Source: a phage
DNA length: 64,000 nucleotides
Sequence record: NC_135729.1
Reading direction: 5' to 3' (one strand)
Part shown: positions 46,492-56,040 of the stretch, piece after piece
How positions within the stretch are numbered: the stretch's first letter is position 1
Layout of the letters: each line of letters starts with the position of its first letter
Made by a program: the position numbers and the translations under genes
Notes under the pieces: generated by a model
Told to the model about the DNA's origin: nothing
The model's input: only the letters and a program-made list of their open reading frames with translations
The model's database searches: none

Positions 46492-46761
46492 ATGAAAATT
46501 AAATTATTCAAAACTGAGCTGGCAGACAAAAACTGTGGACTGGTTGAAGGCATGATCGTTGAAGCACAACCAGTGGACTACATGAAGGTAGTTCGTGATG
46601 CACTGGGTGAAGGCTTTGATCTGATGGAGCCAGCTCTGCGAGAAGATGTTATCGAGATGGCTAAAAAGCACACACCTGAAGGCTTGGTGGTGTTTGTTGC
46701 ACCGGGTAACGGAGAAGAGTTGATTGTAACTCCTGATGTGTATGAGATTGTAGAAGAGTAA
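46492..46761 (+). CDS. small acidic protein (MKIK subfamily)
   Basis: MKIKLF, IVEAQP, C-terminal YEIVEE. Confidence 0.45.
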   Translation: MKIKLFKTELADKNCGLVEGMIVEAQPVDYMKVVRDALGEGFDLMEPALREDVIEMAKKHTPEGLVVFVAPGNGEELIVTPDVYEIVEE

Positions 46762-46856
46762 TCCTGCTTGGATTAGCATACTTCTCTCAATAAAAAGAAA
46801 AGTTTGTAATTATTTGTGGGAAAGGAATCCCCATCTCTTGCCAGAGGTGATACTAT

Positions 46857-47120
46857 ATGATTGTTTATTTTAAAACTTCAGGTGGATACCCTGATTCTCA
46901 AAGCTTGATCGGAAAAACGTGCACAGCATACTCACCTTTTGATGAGGAGGTAAGCGATATCCTACGAGATATGTATCGGATTGATCCCCAAGAAGCTTTT
47001 GATCAAAACCTTGTATTTGTCAAGGGCTCAGACATGAAGTCTTTGGGAGCATTCCCTGAAGCAGATGATGATGCTGTTTATTCGTTCATGACTCCTTTTG
47101 AAGCTATGGTTGTTGGGTGA
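46857..47120 (+). CDS. small acidic protein, MKVK paralogue family
   Basis: FVKGSDMKSLGA; 87 aa. Confidence 0.4.
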   Translation: MIVYFKTSGGYPDSQSLIGKTCTAYSPFDEEVSDILRDMYRIDPQEAFDQNLVFVKGSDMKSLGAFPEADDDAVYSFMTPFEAMVVG

Positions 47121-47124
47121 GAAT

Positions 47125-47457
47125 ATGAAAGTACGATTTATTGGTGAAACAATTCCTGTGCATCTCCGGTCGCCTGAAGATTCTGCAGATCTTGCATCTC
47201 AGAAGGCGAGAGGTTATGATAAGAAAGTAATCTCAACCGATGTAGAGCTTGAGGCTACCAGTCTACCTGACCCTGCTGCATTCTTTAATCATTATGGGTA
47301 CTATTTCAGCAATCTGATGAATATAGGGGAGCTTGTGTTTATTAGTGGTGGAGAAATTGTTAGCAAGCTTGGCGGCGATCCGGATGTCTTTCATGAAACC
47401 TGTCCTTTTGCATTTGTGGTTGGTTCAGATGTGGAAGTTATTGAGGAGGTGCGGTAA
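47125..47457 (+). CDS. small acidic protein, MKVK paralogue family
   Basis: MKVRFIGE, C-terminal VGSDVEVIEE; ATG after GGGTGA. Confidence 0.45.
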   Translation: MKVRFIGETIPVHLRSPEDSADLASQKARGYDKKVISTDVELEATSLPDPAAFFNHYGYYFSNLMNIGELVFISGGEIVSKLGGDPDVFHETCPFAFVVGSDVEVIEEVR

Positions 47458-47852
47458 TGGTAAGCCTATACCGTGTTGAGTATAGCTCAGATACTGTGTA
47501 CAACGTAAGAAGTAAAGATCGCAGCGACAGAGTGCAAGAAATGTATGTTCTTGCCGACAGTCCGTTATCTGCAGCGTTCAAGGCAGGGGCTCTTGCATCT
47601 CGTTGGAAATTTGAAGGCGGATCTTTCTATGAAGAAACCCTTGAAGATTCTGTTGTTATTTCTTCTGTAGAGGTTTCAGATGACTACGAAGGGAAAAAGT
47701 TCGTAATGCGGCACCCACACAGCAACATTGCGTACTACTGGGATGTTCTGAACAACGAGTGGACCCCAGATCTTCAGAAGGCTACTGTGCTAACACCGTT
47801 TTTGGCAGATAAGTTCCCACCAGAAGGTAATTTATCCGCATTGTTTCAGTGA
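47457..47852 (+). CDS. hypothetical protein (paralogue of 45244-45642)
   Basis: Shared HPxS..YYW....WTP segment. Confidence 0.45.
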   Translation: MVSLYRVEYSSDTVYNVRSKDRSDRVQEMYVLADSPLSAAFKAGALASRWKFEGGSFYEETLEDSVVISSVEVSDDYEGKKFVMRHPHSNIAYYWDVLNNEWTPDLQKATVLTPFLADKFPPEGNLSALFQ

Positions 47853-47932
47853 TTTTCTTGCACACAGGTATTGACAACGCCAACCCTGTGTGCAATAATA
47901 CACCCATCTTAACAAAACAGGAGATTTTAATA

Positions 47933-48181
47933 ATGAAAATTAAACTTAAGAATATTGATGAGGCCGCTTTAGAAGGTATCGATTTCGATTTCCCATTTAA
48001 AAACGGGGATATCATTGAAGCACAAATTCCTACCCGAGAAATGGTAAATAGTTTTGCAGAAGATGGTGCGGCAACAATGATTATGCTAATTATGGACGGC
48101 ACTCTCTTCATTGGGGAAGAGGACGATCCAATCATGATTCCTGGTCATTTTTATGAATTAGTTGACGAAGAGGTGCTGTAA
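47933..48181 (+). CDS. small acidic protein (MKIK subfamily)
   Basis: MKIKLKNID, IIEAQIP, C-terminal YELVDEE; ATG after ACAGGAGA. Confidence 0.45.
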   Translation: MKIKLKNIDEAALEGIDFDFPFKNGDIIEAQIPTREMVNSFAEDGAATMIMLIMDGTLFIGEEDDPIMIPGHFYELVDEEVL

Positions 48182-48532
48182 ATGAAAGTAGAAATTACCG
48201 GTTTTGATGTGAATGTGGTTCCGGAAGATATTTTAGCTAAACTTCCGGAAGGTTTTGGTAACGGCGTTGTGGTGGATGCTGTTCCTCCTACCAAAGACAT
48301 TCTGCTGCAGTATGGTGTAGCAGAGGAAGATGTCGATAAAGTTCTTACAATGATGGCAATCGATCGTGTTGTCGTTGTTAAGGGTCTCGATAATTTTGAG
48401 AGTGATCCCCTGATTATTCGTGGAGATGACTACAAAATCATCGATAATGAAGGCCAAGAGTTCTATGAACCTTGTGCAGAAGATATTCTTAACTTATTAC
48501 TGGAAGCAGGCACCGAAGAGGAGGACGAATAA
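48182..48532 (+). CDS. small acidic protein
   Basis: 116-aa ORF; acidic C-terminus. Confidence 0.4.
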   Translation: MKVEITGFDVNVVPEDILAKLPEGFGNGVVVDAVPPTKDILLQYGVAEEDVDKVLTMMAIDRVVVVKGLDNFESDPLIIRGDDYKIIDNEGQEFYEPCAEDILNLLLEAGTEEEDE

Positions 48533-48861
48533 TGAAGATTGACCCGTTACTGAAGGCTCGTGCAGAAAAAGCGTACACCATTAAGCTGACCAACCTGGTT
48601 CCTACTTGTCATCCGGATGTAGGTTGGCCCGAAGGTTTGGTGGAGGGAACTGTAACAGCTGCATACCTTCCTAACATCAAATACCTTATGGAAATCTTAG
48701 AGATGGATGAGGAAACTGCAGAACAGTTCCAGTTGGATATGAAACAGAGTGGAACTCTGGTTATTCACGGGTGGTATAATACTAAAGATGCAGAAGACCC
48801 TCTGGTAACTTCTAATCTGGCATATGAAATCTTAGGGCCTTTGAACCTGGAGGAAGACTAA
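48532..48861 (+). CDS. small acidic protein
   Basis: 109-aa ORF; ATGA overlap. Confidence 0.4.
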   Translation: MKIDPLLKARAEKAYTIKLTNLVPTCHPDVGWPEGLVEGTVTAAYLPNIKYLMEILEMDEETAEQFQLDMKQSGTLVIHGWYNTKDAEDPLVTSNLAYEILGPLNLEED

Positions 48862-49148
48862 TGAAAGATCTGGTTAAGATTAAGATTAAAGATACCAATG
48901 GGGAGCTCAGCCATTTTGGAATTAATGATGGTGACGAGCTGATCGCACACCTGCCTACCAAGGAGGTTGTAAGCAAAGCAGTTGCCGGAGAAGAAGCTGC
49001 AATGCAGGCTGCAGGTGTGGATGAAAACTATGTAGCTATGTGCATGTGCCGAGATCAGGTTGTTCTGTATAAAGCGTATCGACCAAACGGAGCCACGGAG
49101 TGGCTTGTATTCCGACCCGAAGGATATGAAATCTTAGAGGCAATATGA
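48861..49148 (+). CDS. small acidic protein (MKIK subfamily-like)
   Basis: C-terminal YEILEAI. Confidence 0.4.
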   Translation: MKDLVKIKIKDTNGELSHFGINDGDELIAHLPTKEVVSKAVAGEEAAMQAAGVDENYVAMCMCRDQVVLYKAYRPNGATEWLVFRPEGYEILEAI

Positions 49149-49237
49149 TAAATATTGCCAAGGTTGCAACGGCACTGTTAATTATTTGCTGGTCAGTAAC
49201 CTTAACACTGTGTCTTGTATTTCAGTGAGGTGCTTGT

Positions 49238-49501
49238 ATGAACATCCTGATGTGGGTTATAGCAGTGGCGTTTGTTGCATGTTTTTGCTGCTGGGTTGCG
49301 GTGAGGATTTCTGTAGCTACCCTTCGGAAGTTGGGGTTCTCAGAATGGGATATTAATATCCTTTCTTTTCGCAATGAGACAATATCAGCCGCCCTGCTTT
49401 GTAAGAAATTCAAGTGGGAACCTTGTGAGGTCATGAACTATCTAAGAACGGGAGATATCCCTGAAAGATTTAAAAAAGTTCTTGACGGTAAGGATAAATG
49501 A
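49238..49501 (+). CDS. small membrane protein
   Basis: N-terminal TM helix MNILMWVIAVAFVACFCCWVAV. Confidence 0.4.
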   Translation: MNILMWVIAVAFVACFCCWVAVRISVATLRKLGFSEWDINILSFRNETISAALLCKKFKWEPCEVMNYLRTGDIPERFKKVLDGKDK

Positions 49502-49529
49502 TAGTATAGTGACTAACAAGAGGTGAGGA

Positions 49530-49670
49530 ATGACCGATTTTACTGAAGCTTTAATGATGGCCTTGTCTGTTTTAGCGCTATCGGTGTGTTTTGGGGCGTT
49601 ATTCACATCTCTGGTTAAAGTTTTACATACAGTATTATTACCCAAGGAGCGCAGTAATGACGAAGATTGA
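49530..49670 (+). CDS. small membrane peptide (46 aa)
   Basis: GAGGTGAGG before ATG; single TM helix; below ORF-track size cutoff. Confidence 0.3.
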   Translation: MTDFTEALMMALSVLALSVCFGALFTSLVKVLHTVLLPKERSNDED

Positions 49671-49908
49671 CTTGAATGCTGGCGACCATGTTGTTGTCAA
49701 ATGCATCGGAGATTATCTTGGATTCACAATCGGCAATACTTACGAGGCGGTAGTGGCGAAGGTTTATCATGATAAAGTCCTCAGTCTTGTATTTGACTGT
49801 GATGATGACGGAGATGACCGTTACGTCTGTGAGGTGCTGGCTCGTGACGATAGTGAAGACCAGAAATTCCTGGTTATTGAACTGAACGGTATTTTTGTAG
49901 AACGTTAA
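49657..49908 (+). CDS. hypothetical acidic protein
   Basis: ATG with AAGGAG Shine-Dalgarno inside the track ORF. Confidence 0.4.
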   Translation: MTKIDLNAGDHVVVKCIGDYLGFTIGNTYEAVVAKVYHDKVLSLVFDCDDDGDDRYVCEVLARDDSEDQKFLVIELNGIFVER

Positions 49909-49936
49909 TTTAAAACAACATAAGGAGACTCTTACT

Positions 49937-50242
49937 ATGGCTAAATCTAAAGTTGAACTGTTCACCTCTCTTCCTTCTGACACTGCAGAGCGTGATCGCC
50001 TTCGCAAAACAATCGAAGAACTGGTGGAACTCCAACTTCAGATTAAAGATCTGAAAGATGCCATTAAGGATATCATTCTCGTTGAGAAGCAGGATCACCT
50101 GTATTCTCCTAAATTCATCAAATCTCTGGTTGCTACCGAGTTTGATATTCGCTATGAGGCTGAAAAGCGTCGAGCTAAAATCGAAGAAGAGGTTGAGCAC
50201 ATGTCCGAGGCAGACATTCTGTTCAAACGCTCTGTAGAATAA
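49937..50242 (+). CDS. hypothetical coiled-coil protein
   Basis: 101-aa ORF with AAGGAGA Shine-Dalgarno; followed by terminator. Confidence 0.45.
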   Translation: MAKSKVELFTSLPSDTAERDRLRKTIEELVELQLQIKDLKDAIKDIILVEKQDHLYSPKFIKSLVATEFDIRYEAEKRRAKIEEEVEHMSEADILFKRSVE

Positions 50243-50248
50243 TGACAA

Positions 50249-50276
50249 AGAGGGGGGGCTTGGGCCCCTCTTTTTA
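50249..50276 (+). terminator. rho-independent terminator
   Basis: AGAGGGGGG-cttg-GGCCCCTCT followed by TTTTT. Confidence 0.6.
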
Positions 50277-50298
50277 CTATCTATGGAGGAGATTTGAG

Positions 50299-50631
50299 AT
50301 GGGTATACCGATCACTGTAAAAGAATTGAATGAACGTGATGCAGGTGGTCTATGGCCTGCACGAAAAATACGCTGCATCCGTATGAAAGAGAACCTTGAG
50401 CATCTTGAGCAACAGAAACGGATTGAGGTTGGCGATATTTTCGAAGTATTTTATTCTGATCGCCGTAACTGGGAAACCATTCAACCTTCCGGTTTTGTTC
50501 TTGCTAAGCTTGACACTGGAGAAGCGATTGTTCCTGGGTTGGATATTGTCTTCGAAATTATACAGGAGTGGGATCCGGACAAGATTAGATACGAAGAGCT
50601 ATTCGGTGAAGGTATTATCAAACCTGTGTGA
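50299..50631 (+). CDS. hypothetical protein
   Basis: ATG after GGAGGAG. Confidence 0.4.
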   Translation: MGIPITVKELNERDAGGLWPARKIRCIRMKENLEHLEQQKRIEVGDIFEVFYSDRRNWETIQPSGFVLAKLDTGEAIVPGLDIVFEIIQEWDPDKIRYEELFGEGIIKPV

Positions 50632-50639
50632 GGTGGATT

Positions 50640-50939
50640 ATGTCTACAAAGGCGGCTAAATACTCCTATATGCCATCAACCTCTGCAGAGGTAGACTTTA
50701 GTTTCGATGTGTTTCCACTGTTTGAGGTGGTTCTGGCATACCCAACAATACTATCTACTCCTGAATCACTTGTGCCTGTTAAGTTGCAGAACGCTATGCA
50801 TTCCATGCACTACAACAACAAATGTAGGCACAGATGGTGTCAGGACGAGGAAAAAGATTTGGATAGTTTGAGAGATTTTGACAGTCACCTTTTGACACCT
50901 TTCAGCTACTCCAACCTTGATAAGCCCTCGTGGGTATAG
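50640..50939 (+). CDS. hypothetical protein
   Basis: ATG after GAGGTGG. Confidence 0.4.
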   Translation: MSTKAAKYSYMPSTSAEVDFSFDVFPLFEVVLAYPTILSTPESLVPVKLQNAMHSMHYNNKCRHRWCQDEEKDLDSLRDFDSHLLTPFSYSNLDKPSWV

Positions 50940-50963
50940 CAAAATATCAAATTTAAGACACCT

Positions 50964-50990
50964 AGGACGCTCTGTGGCGTCCTTTTCTTT
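50964..50990 (+). terminator. rho-independent terminator
   Basis: AGGACGC-tctgtg-GCGTCCT followed by TTTCTTT. Confidence 0.55.
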
Positions 50991-51154
50991 ATCTGGTGCA
51001 CGATTGCATACCTTGGGTAGTTAATCTCATTACAGAGCGTTTAAGAGCTCCCTACAAACAACTCCATATTTCGAGCGTAGCGAGAACGCACGTCCGTTTT
51101 GACCCAAATCACCATACGCTCGGATTTTAACCAAACCCTCGCGGCGTTTCTGTT

Positions 51155-51183
51155 GACACATTGCCGCTCCAGTGATAGTATCC
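51155..51183 (+). promoter_or_regulatory. sigma70-like promoter
   Basis: TTGACA - 17 nt - TAGTAT upstream of small ORFs. Confidence 0.45.
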
Positions 51184-51201
51184 ACACATCGTTTGGAGAA
51201 T

Positions 51202-51303
51202 ATGGAATACACAATGAAAACATTGTCAGAGGTTTTGGTGGTGATCCTGATGATCATTACGTCCATAGTGGCTGTTGCCGGAATACTCACGGGTGGAACA
51301 TGA
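51202..51303 (+). CDS. small membrane peptide (33 aa)
   Basis: GGAGA Shine-Dalgarno; hydrophobic LVVILMIITSIVAVAGIL; below ORF-track size cutoff. Confidence 0.3.
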   Translation: MEYTMKTLSEVLVVILMIITSIVAVAGILTGGT

Positions 51304-51512
51304 TAAACACACATGCATCTGAAGAGACATCCAAAGGAGTGACTATATGTCCCTTGACTGAGCCAGTGCAAGAGGAAAACTTCGATTCTGAAGATTCTCC
51401 ATCTTCGCTCCAGGTAGACCCTGAGGCTGATGACCTAACGTGGGAAGACATCGTAGATATCTGGTTCTCTATTATGCCTGAGCACGAAGAGTTCAGAGGT
51501 GGTAGACTATGA
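51300..51512 (+). CDS. small acidic protein
   Basis: ATG after GGGTGG; 70 aa. Confidence 0.35.
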   Translation: MINTHASEETSKGVTICPLTEPVQEENFDSEDSPSSLQVDPEADDLTWEDIVDIWFSIMPEHEEFRGGRL

Positions 51513-51632
51513 AGCACCGAGCCCACACAGGTTCCTCATGCTAAAGCATGGCCTGAAGAGGCAAACGTGCATAATTCCAGTGCATTGGAACATATAAACC
51601 CTGTTCACATTCTCATTTCCAGAGGAGATTTC

Positions 51633-51848
51633 ATGAAGATAGAAATATTTGGTGGAGCTGACAACACTCGTGGCCTGATTTACCTTGAATTCGATGAATC
51701 ATACCTGCCAGAGGTGTTAAATATAGACTCTGTTGCTGAGGCTTTGGGAGTAAGTCCTAAAGATCTCTACTCTGGTGCTGAGATTGATGGTTGGGAGGAG
51801 ACCATGAACATTGATTTCAGTGAAGTAGGTGATGAACCACTGGACTGA
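51633..51848 (+). CDS. small acidic protein
   Basis: ATG after AGAGGAGA; last plus-strand gene before the non-coding region. Confidence 0.4.
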   Translation: MKIEIFGGADNTRGLIYLEFDESYLPEVLNIDSVAEALGVSPKDLYSGAEIDGWEETMNIDFSEVGDEPLD

Positions 51849-52023
51849 CACACAATTAGCTACCCGGCTAAAGTGCTGGGAGCACCTATAACACATCTTT
51901 CAACTAAATTTCCTACCACCACAATCACTTACCTCCCACACATGACTGTTTGCTTGTTTAGTGAGCAGTCATGCCTTGACATTCTTGCCTATCCTGATAA
52001 AATTAAGTTCTTCTCTTTTCTTT

Positions 52024-52050
52024 TACCGAGTAATTCGGGTTTTCTGTTCT
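52024..52050 (+). terminator. putative terminator closing the plus-strand block
   Basis: CCGAG-taat-TCGGG followed by TTTTCTGTTCTCTT. Confidence 0.35.
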
Positions 52051-53381
52051 CTTCGGTTTGAAGGGGTATAGAGATACACCTGAGTGAACAGGGTGAACAA
52101 CCGAACCATTAGCTATGGCATTAGCATGGCGAAGCGGACGGGTGACGAAAGAGGGGCCGGAGGACACCAGTCACTGCCATATGATATATGGGTGATAACC
52201 TGAAGAGTCTGAATAAGTGTTTAAGTACCAGTCAGAGGAAAAGGTGAATGGTAGCCGAAGGGGGGAGGGGGGTTTCTTGTATCTTTAATTTGTATATTAT
52301 GTATACACTTGTAAACCAATCTAATCTGAATCTGTTTACCACGCAAAGCGGATAGAGACAAATATTGCCTATTAAACTTGAATTATTTATAGAAAATACC
52401 ACAACACCCCTTAAGTCTTTGATTTTACACACAAATCCTACAGATATTCAACCTCCATATTTAACATACTTGTAACATATTCCATACTCTACCTGTCTGA
52501 TCAACTCACCCAACTACATCCTCCATATTTCCCCTGTCTGTACTACCCCTGCCCCGCCTGGAGTCCCGTCATATCTGGCTTTCCAGCAAATATCCCACCC
52601 ACAAATATCATTGCCTGAAGAGGGTTTCCTCCCATAATACATGCCTTACCTGAAGAGCGCTTCATATACCCCGTAAATTTTTTAATTGACACCCTCCCCG
52701 CCGCCGGAGGGGGTTGGCTTTTCCCACACAGACCTGAAGAGCCAGCCAGAAATATCTGAACAGGTCCAGTTATACCACGATTTTGACCTGACCGACAGGA
52801 GTGCTGCCAGGCGGACGAAATGGGAATACTTCTCATTCTTATAACAATTCTCAAATATCGAGGCAGTGAGGCAAATTAATAGGTGAGGCCGTTCACATAG
52901 TGGCACAACATTTGCAATCTATTTTGTGTGGGGAATGAGAATACATATCATTGTGAGAACCATTATCATTACGGGCAATTTAACATAATACCCATTATGC
53001 GCACCACTGGCGATCCATACAGGGATTGATAACATGAGTTACTGTTTACACACATAACAATTATATTTCTTACTATTTGTGTGGGATATAGTTAGCAGCC
53101 GATAGATTAGATATTGACCTGTGGACTTCCAACAGTCTAGACGTCTAAGCGCCCACACAACAAGGCTTATACATACACAACTGAATGTAAACAGGGCCGC
53201 AAAAATGCTACCATACCAGCTTGTAAATTTTTCATACAGCACTTGACAAAGAGGAGAAAAACTTGTCTGACACTTTAGACACCTTTGACACACTGGGCAT
53301 ACTAAACACTGGATATAATAACAATTGTTACTATTGCATGCCTCACTGTTCACGTATAGACTATTTGCTCAAAAATTATAA

Positions 53382-53669
53382 GCCATGCCATTCGTTTGCA
53401 TGATAACGATTAGCAAGTTAATAATCTTTCACTGGCTATGCCAGGTGACCTTTGGTCACCCCTTCGGGTGTTTCTATGACATAATATAAAAGCAGGGCAA
53501 CTATTAGAAGATCTATAGTTGCCTTGCTTGTTATGTCATGATTAACTAAATACAAGGCAACTATGATCTGATTAATAGTTTGCAGGCAAACTATCACGGG
53601 GGTGATGGTTACTGCTTTTATATTATGTCGCGACTCCGTCGCGCCATGCCATTCGTTTGCATAGTTGCC
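53382..53669. repeat. iteron / inverted-repeat array (GGCAACTAT x6, 18-bp inverted repeat, 20-bp direct repeat)
   Basis: GGCAACTAT at 53496, 53556, 53585 (GGCAAACTAT) and inverted at 53515, 53575, 53661; inverted repeat 53478-53495 / 53612-53629; direct repeat GCCATGCCATTCGTTTGCAT at 53382 and 53643. Confidence 0.7.
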
Positions 53670-54278
53670 TTATTGTTACAGGTAAAATAATCACATTATT
53701 AATTATTTCTTATCTTTCTCTTAGTCATCTAATGATTCCAGTCAGTATAGTAATGTACAGTAGACATTAGACGACTAAAGATTTCTCTGTTTATGATAAC
53801 TCATCGTGATAATTTCGGACTGTTTACGAAAAATGTTGACACCTGAGCTGATTTATGTTATGCAGTTTACACGAATAATTATTTTATGCAGGTATTGACT
53901 ATTCCGTTATTCTGTGGTTGGAATAAATACTTTGCAGGCTATAGAATGGCGTGCGTACGTGAATTCTTAGATCTGGCGGCTATAGTTATACTCGATTTTT
54001 CGCGTAGGACACGCTTTCTATGTTGTGTAAGTGTATGACTTATAAAGATTTTTAGTTGTTGACAAGATATTGGAGATGTGCATCAGGTTAAAATTTGTGC
54101 AATAGCGGCATTACGTGCACTTTTGGGAGAGAAAACGGGTAAAAATGGCCCTGCTACCACACAGTGAAAGATTATGCAATAGTTATTTTATATGTATATT
54201 TGTACAGTGTGTGGGATTAATGGCTAGTCAATTATTCCACTTGCCGGGTAGGGCCGTTTATGGTAGGAGAAGAGCAGA

Positions 54279-54305
54279 CAAAAAGAAAGGGGCCTTTAAG
54301 CCCCT
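54279..54305 (-). terminator. rho-independent terminator closing the minus-strand block
   Basis: AGGGGCC-tttaa-GCCCCT stem followed on minus strand by TTTCTTTTT. Confidence 0.55.
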
Positions 54306-54324
54306 TGATAATTCAGTTAAGAAA

Positions 54325-54744
54325 TTATAATGATTCGTATATTTCAAAAATCCGATTTGCCAGGTCGTTACGGTAGCGGAATTTTTCATCACGTTTGATC
54401 ATCAGATCTTTAAAGCCGTATTCTTTAAGCACTTCATTAACTTTATGGCGGCACACCTTCATATTGTCCTGAGCGTCACCAATAAACCTGTTGCTATGGT
54501 GCATGGCTTTAATTTCTTCTTCCAGGACCAGGGCAACTATGCGGACCGGATCAAGCTGATAGGCGGTAACATCAATGCGGCATTGTAAACGGCTTTTTAC
54601 GTCTGCCACCGGATATACTGCAACCTCTTCCCCGTCAACATTGACAATAATTAGTTTACCATCGATTTCGAATCCTTTCGCCGCCGGACCGTGACAAAAA
54701 GCGTTATCAAAGCTATATGCCGGATTATCAGATTTAATGTTCAT
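54325..54744 (-). CDS. hypothetical protein
   Basis: 139-aa ORF; AAGAGG Shine-Dalgarno; own promoter at 54794-54822. Confidence 0.45.
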   Translation of the reverse strand: MNIKSDNPAYSFDNAFCHGPAAKGFEIDGKLIIVNVDGEEVAVYPVADVKSRLQCRIDVTAYQLDPVRIVALVLEEEIKAMHHSNRFIGDAQDNMKVCRHKVNEVLKEYGFKDLMIKRDEKFRYRNDLANRIFEIYESL

Positions 54745-54793
54745 GGTGTTTTTACCTCTTAGTTAATTTTCTTACAACTTCCCTTCAAAAAAG

Positions 54794-54822
54794 AATATAG
54801 CAAAACTGCCGATCCCTGTCAA
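54794..54822 (-). promoter_or_regulatory. sigma70-like promoter overlapped by dyad
   Basis: TTGACA - 17 nt - TATATT on minus strand; -35 lies inside TCCCT..AGGGA inverted repeat. Confidence 0.5.
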
Positions 54823-54888
54823 CAAGGGATAGCATAATTTTTATGTGATCAAGGGGCTTTATTGCCCCTGACCATGTAACTTGTTGTA

Positions 54889-55151
54889 TTATTTGTTGCT
54901 CATCCAGTTTTCCCAAGCTGCCTGATAATCTGCCTCACTACGGCGGATCTCTTCTTGTTCTTCAAGCCGGATCTCTTCTTCCAGGTACCCCAAGATGTCA
55001 GCCTTTTTAGTCTGGCGTAACATCCAATCGTCTTTTTTGCGAGTAAAGATCTTGTACGCTTTCTCGCAAACTTCTTTTTTGCTACCTTTTTGGACTTCAA
55101 GAATTCTGTAAGCCATGTACTGAACTAGTTTGAGCTGGTCAAGACGTTTCA
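54889..55151 (-). CDS. hypothetical protein
   Basis: Start ATG 55151 after AAAGAGGAAAACATC; leader hairpin GGGCC..GGCCC at 55185-55198. Confidence 0.4.
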
Positions 55152-55213
55152 TGATGTTTTCCTCTTTATGTGGTCCTGGTTTAGTGGGCCTTTTGGCCCG
55201 TGTCATTATCTTA

Positions 55214-55486
55214 TTACTTACGGCGGCAGAATTCAAGCGTTTTTAATTGATAATCTTCCTCAGCCTGGAGTACAACCGCCTCGATCATTTCGTTGGCATT
55301 GTTGAAGCCATACCCTTTAGCGAACTCGTCCGCACCACCTTCGTGATCATGTTCTGCGTTCATCGCTTCCACAAAATGGAATTCAAGATTATTGAGGTAA
55401 GGGCTTGATGTTCCGTCCTCTTTTTCGATGAGATCCCATATAGCATTAAAACGTGATTCGACCTCTTGATTAATCCAGCTTGACAT
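55214..55486 (-). CDS. hypothetical acidic protein
   Basis: Start ATG 55486 after AGAGAGGAAAACATC; leader hairpin at 55516-55534. Confidence 0.4.
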   Translation of the reverse strand: MSSWINQEVESRFNAIWDLIEKEDGTSSPYLNNLEFHFVEAMNAEHDHEGGADEFAKGYGFNNANEMIEAVVLQAEEDYQLKTLEFCRRK

Positions 55487-55544
55487 GATGTTTTCCTCTC
55501 TTCTGGTTGTTGTGTGGGGCAAACGTCTTGCCCCTTCAAGATAA

Positions 55545-55573
55545 ATGTTACCCCACCCCATGGCAGATGTCAA
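55545..55573 (-). promoter_or_regulatory. sigma70-like promoter plus 5' stem-loop cassette
   Basis: TTGACA - 17 nt - TAACAT, then GGGGCAAGACGTTTGCCCC hairpin and CA-rich leader. Confidence 0.45.
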
Positions 55574-55655
55574 CGGTTTTTATAGTTCTTATATGACAGG
55601 CAGGCCCGGTGATTGTCTCCCCCCGTCGCCAGGTGCCTGCCGTGGAATAAGTATA

Positions 55656-55686
55656 ACAAAAAACAGGACCATTGCAAGCCCTGTTT
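55656..55686 (-). terminator. rho-independent terminator
   Basis: AACAGG..CCTGTT stem followed on minus strand by TTTTTGTTAT. Confidence 0.5.
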
Positions 55687-55701
55687 TGTAGTTTATAAAT
55701 A

Positions 55702-55893
55702 TTATATTTTTTCGCCTATGTAGTCCGGTCGGTTTTTCTCTGTCATGCGCTTTAGCAATTCTTGCATGTTACTTATGGCTTGTAGTGTATCCTCTTCCAG
55801 GCTTGAATCAACATAATCAGGATCGTCTATGACCTTTCTATGATTATGATAACGCAGTACCGCTAATACCTTTCTAACTTGTTCGATATTCAT
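55702..55893 (-). CDS. hypothetical protein
   Basis: 63-aa ORF. Confidence 0.4.
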   Translation of the reverse strand: MNIEQVRKVLAVLRYHNHRKVIDDPDYVDSSLEEDTLQAISNMQELLKRMTEKNRPDYIGEKI

Positions 55894-55905
55894 TTTTATC
55901 GCTCT

Positions 55906-56040
55906 TTAAAACAAGGTGCCAACCGTTTCCAATAGATCACTGACTATCAGGACAACACTGATCAGCACATACCTAACCATAAGGGGAAAGAGCGCCAGTA
56001 TTGCTACCACAATCCCCAAGGTGATGGTTATCTTTCTCAT
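55906..56040 (-). CDS. small membrane peptide (44 aa)
   Basis: Hydrophobic ORF MRKITITLGIVVAILALFPLMV...; start 3 nt after upstream stop; below ORF-track size cutoff. Confidence 0.3.
   Translation of the reverse strand: MRKITITLGIVVAILALFPLMVRYVLISVVLIVSDLLETVGTLF

Noticed and set aside
52232-53353. Track ORFs 52232-52432, 52543-52854, 52682-52906 and 53039-53353 in the convergent region
   Set aside because: No ribosome-binding sites, low-complexity Cys/Pro-rich translations, mutually overlapping frames, and the region is bracketed by convergent terminators; treated as non-coding.
54050-54330. Plus-strand promoter-like GTTGTTGACAA at 54057 and track ORF 54115-54330
   Set aside because: The -35 context matches the plus-strand promoters but no acceptable -10 hexamer lies 16-18 nt downstream, and the ORF has no Shine-Dalgarno and ends inside the minus-strand terminator; left uncalled, though a short non-coding transcript cannot be excluded.
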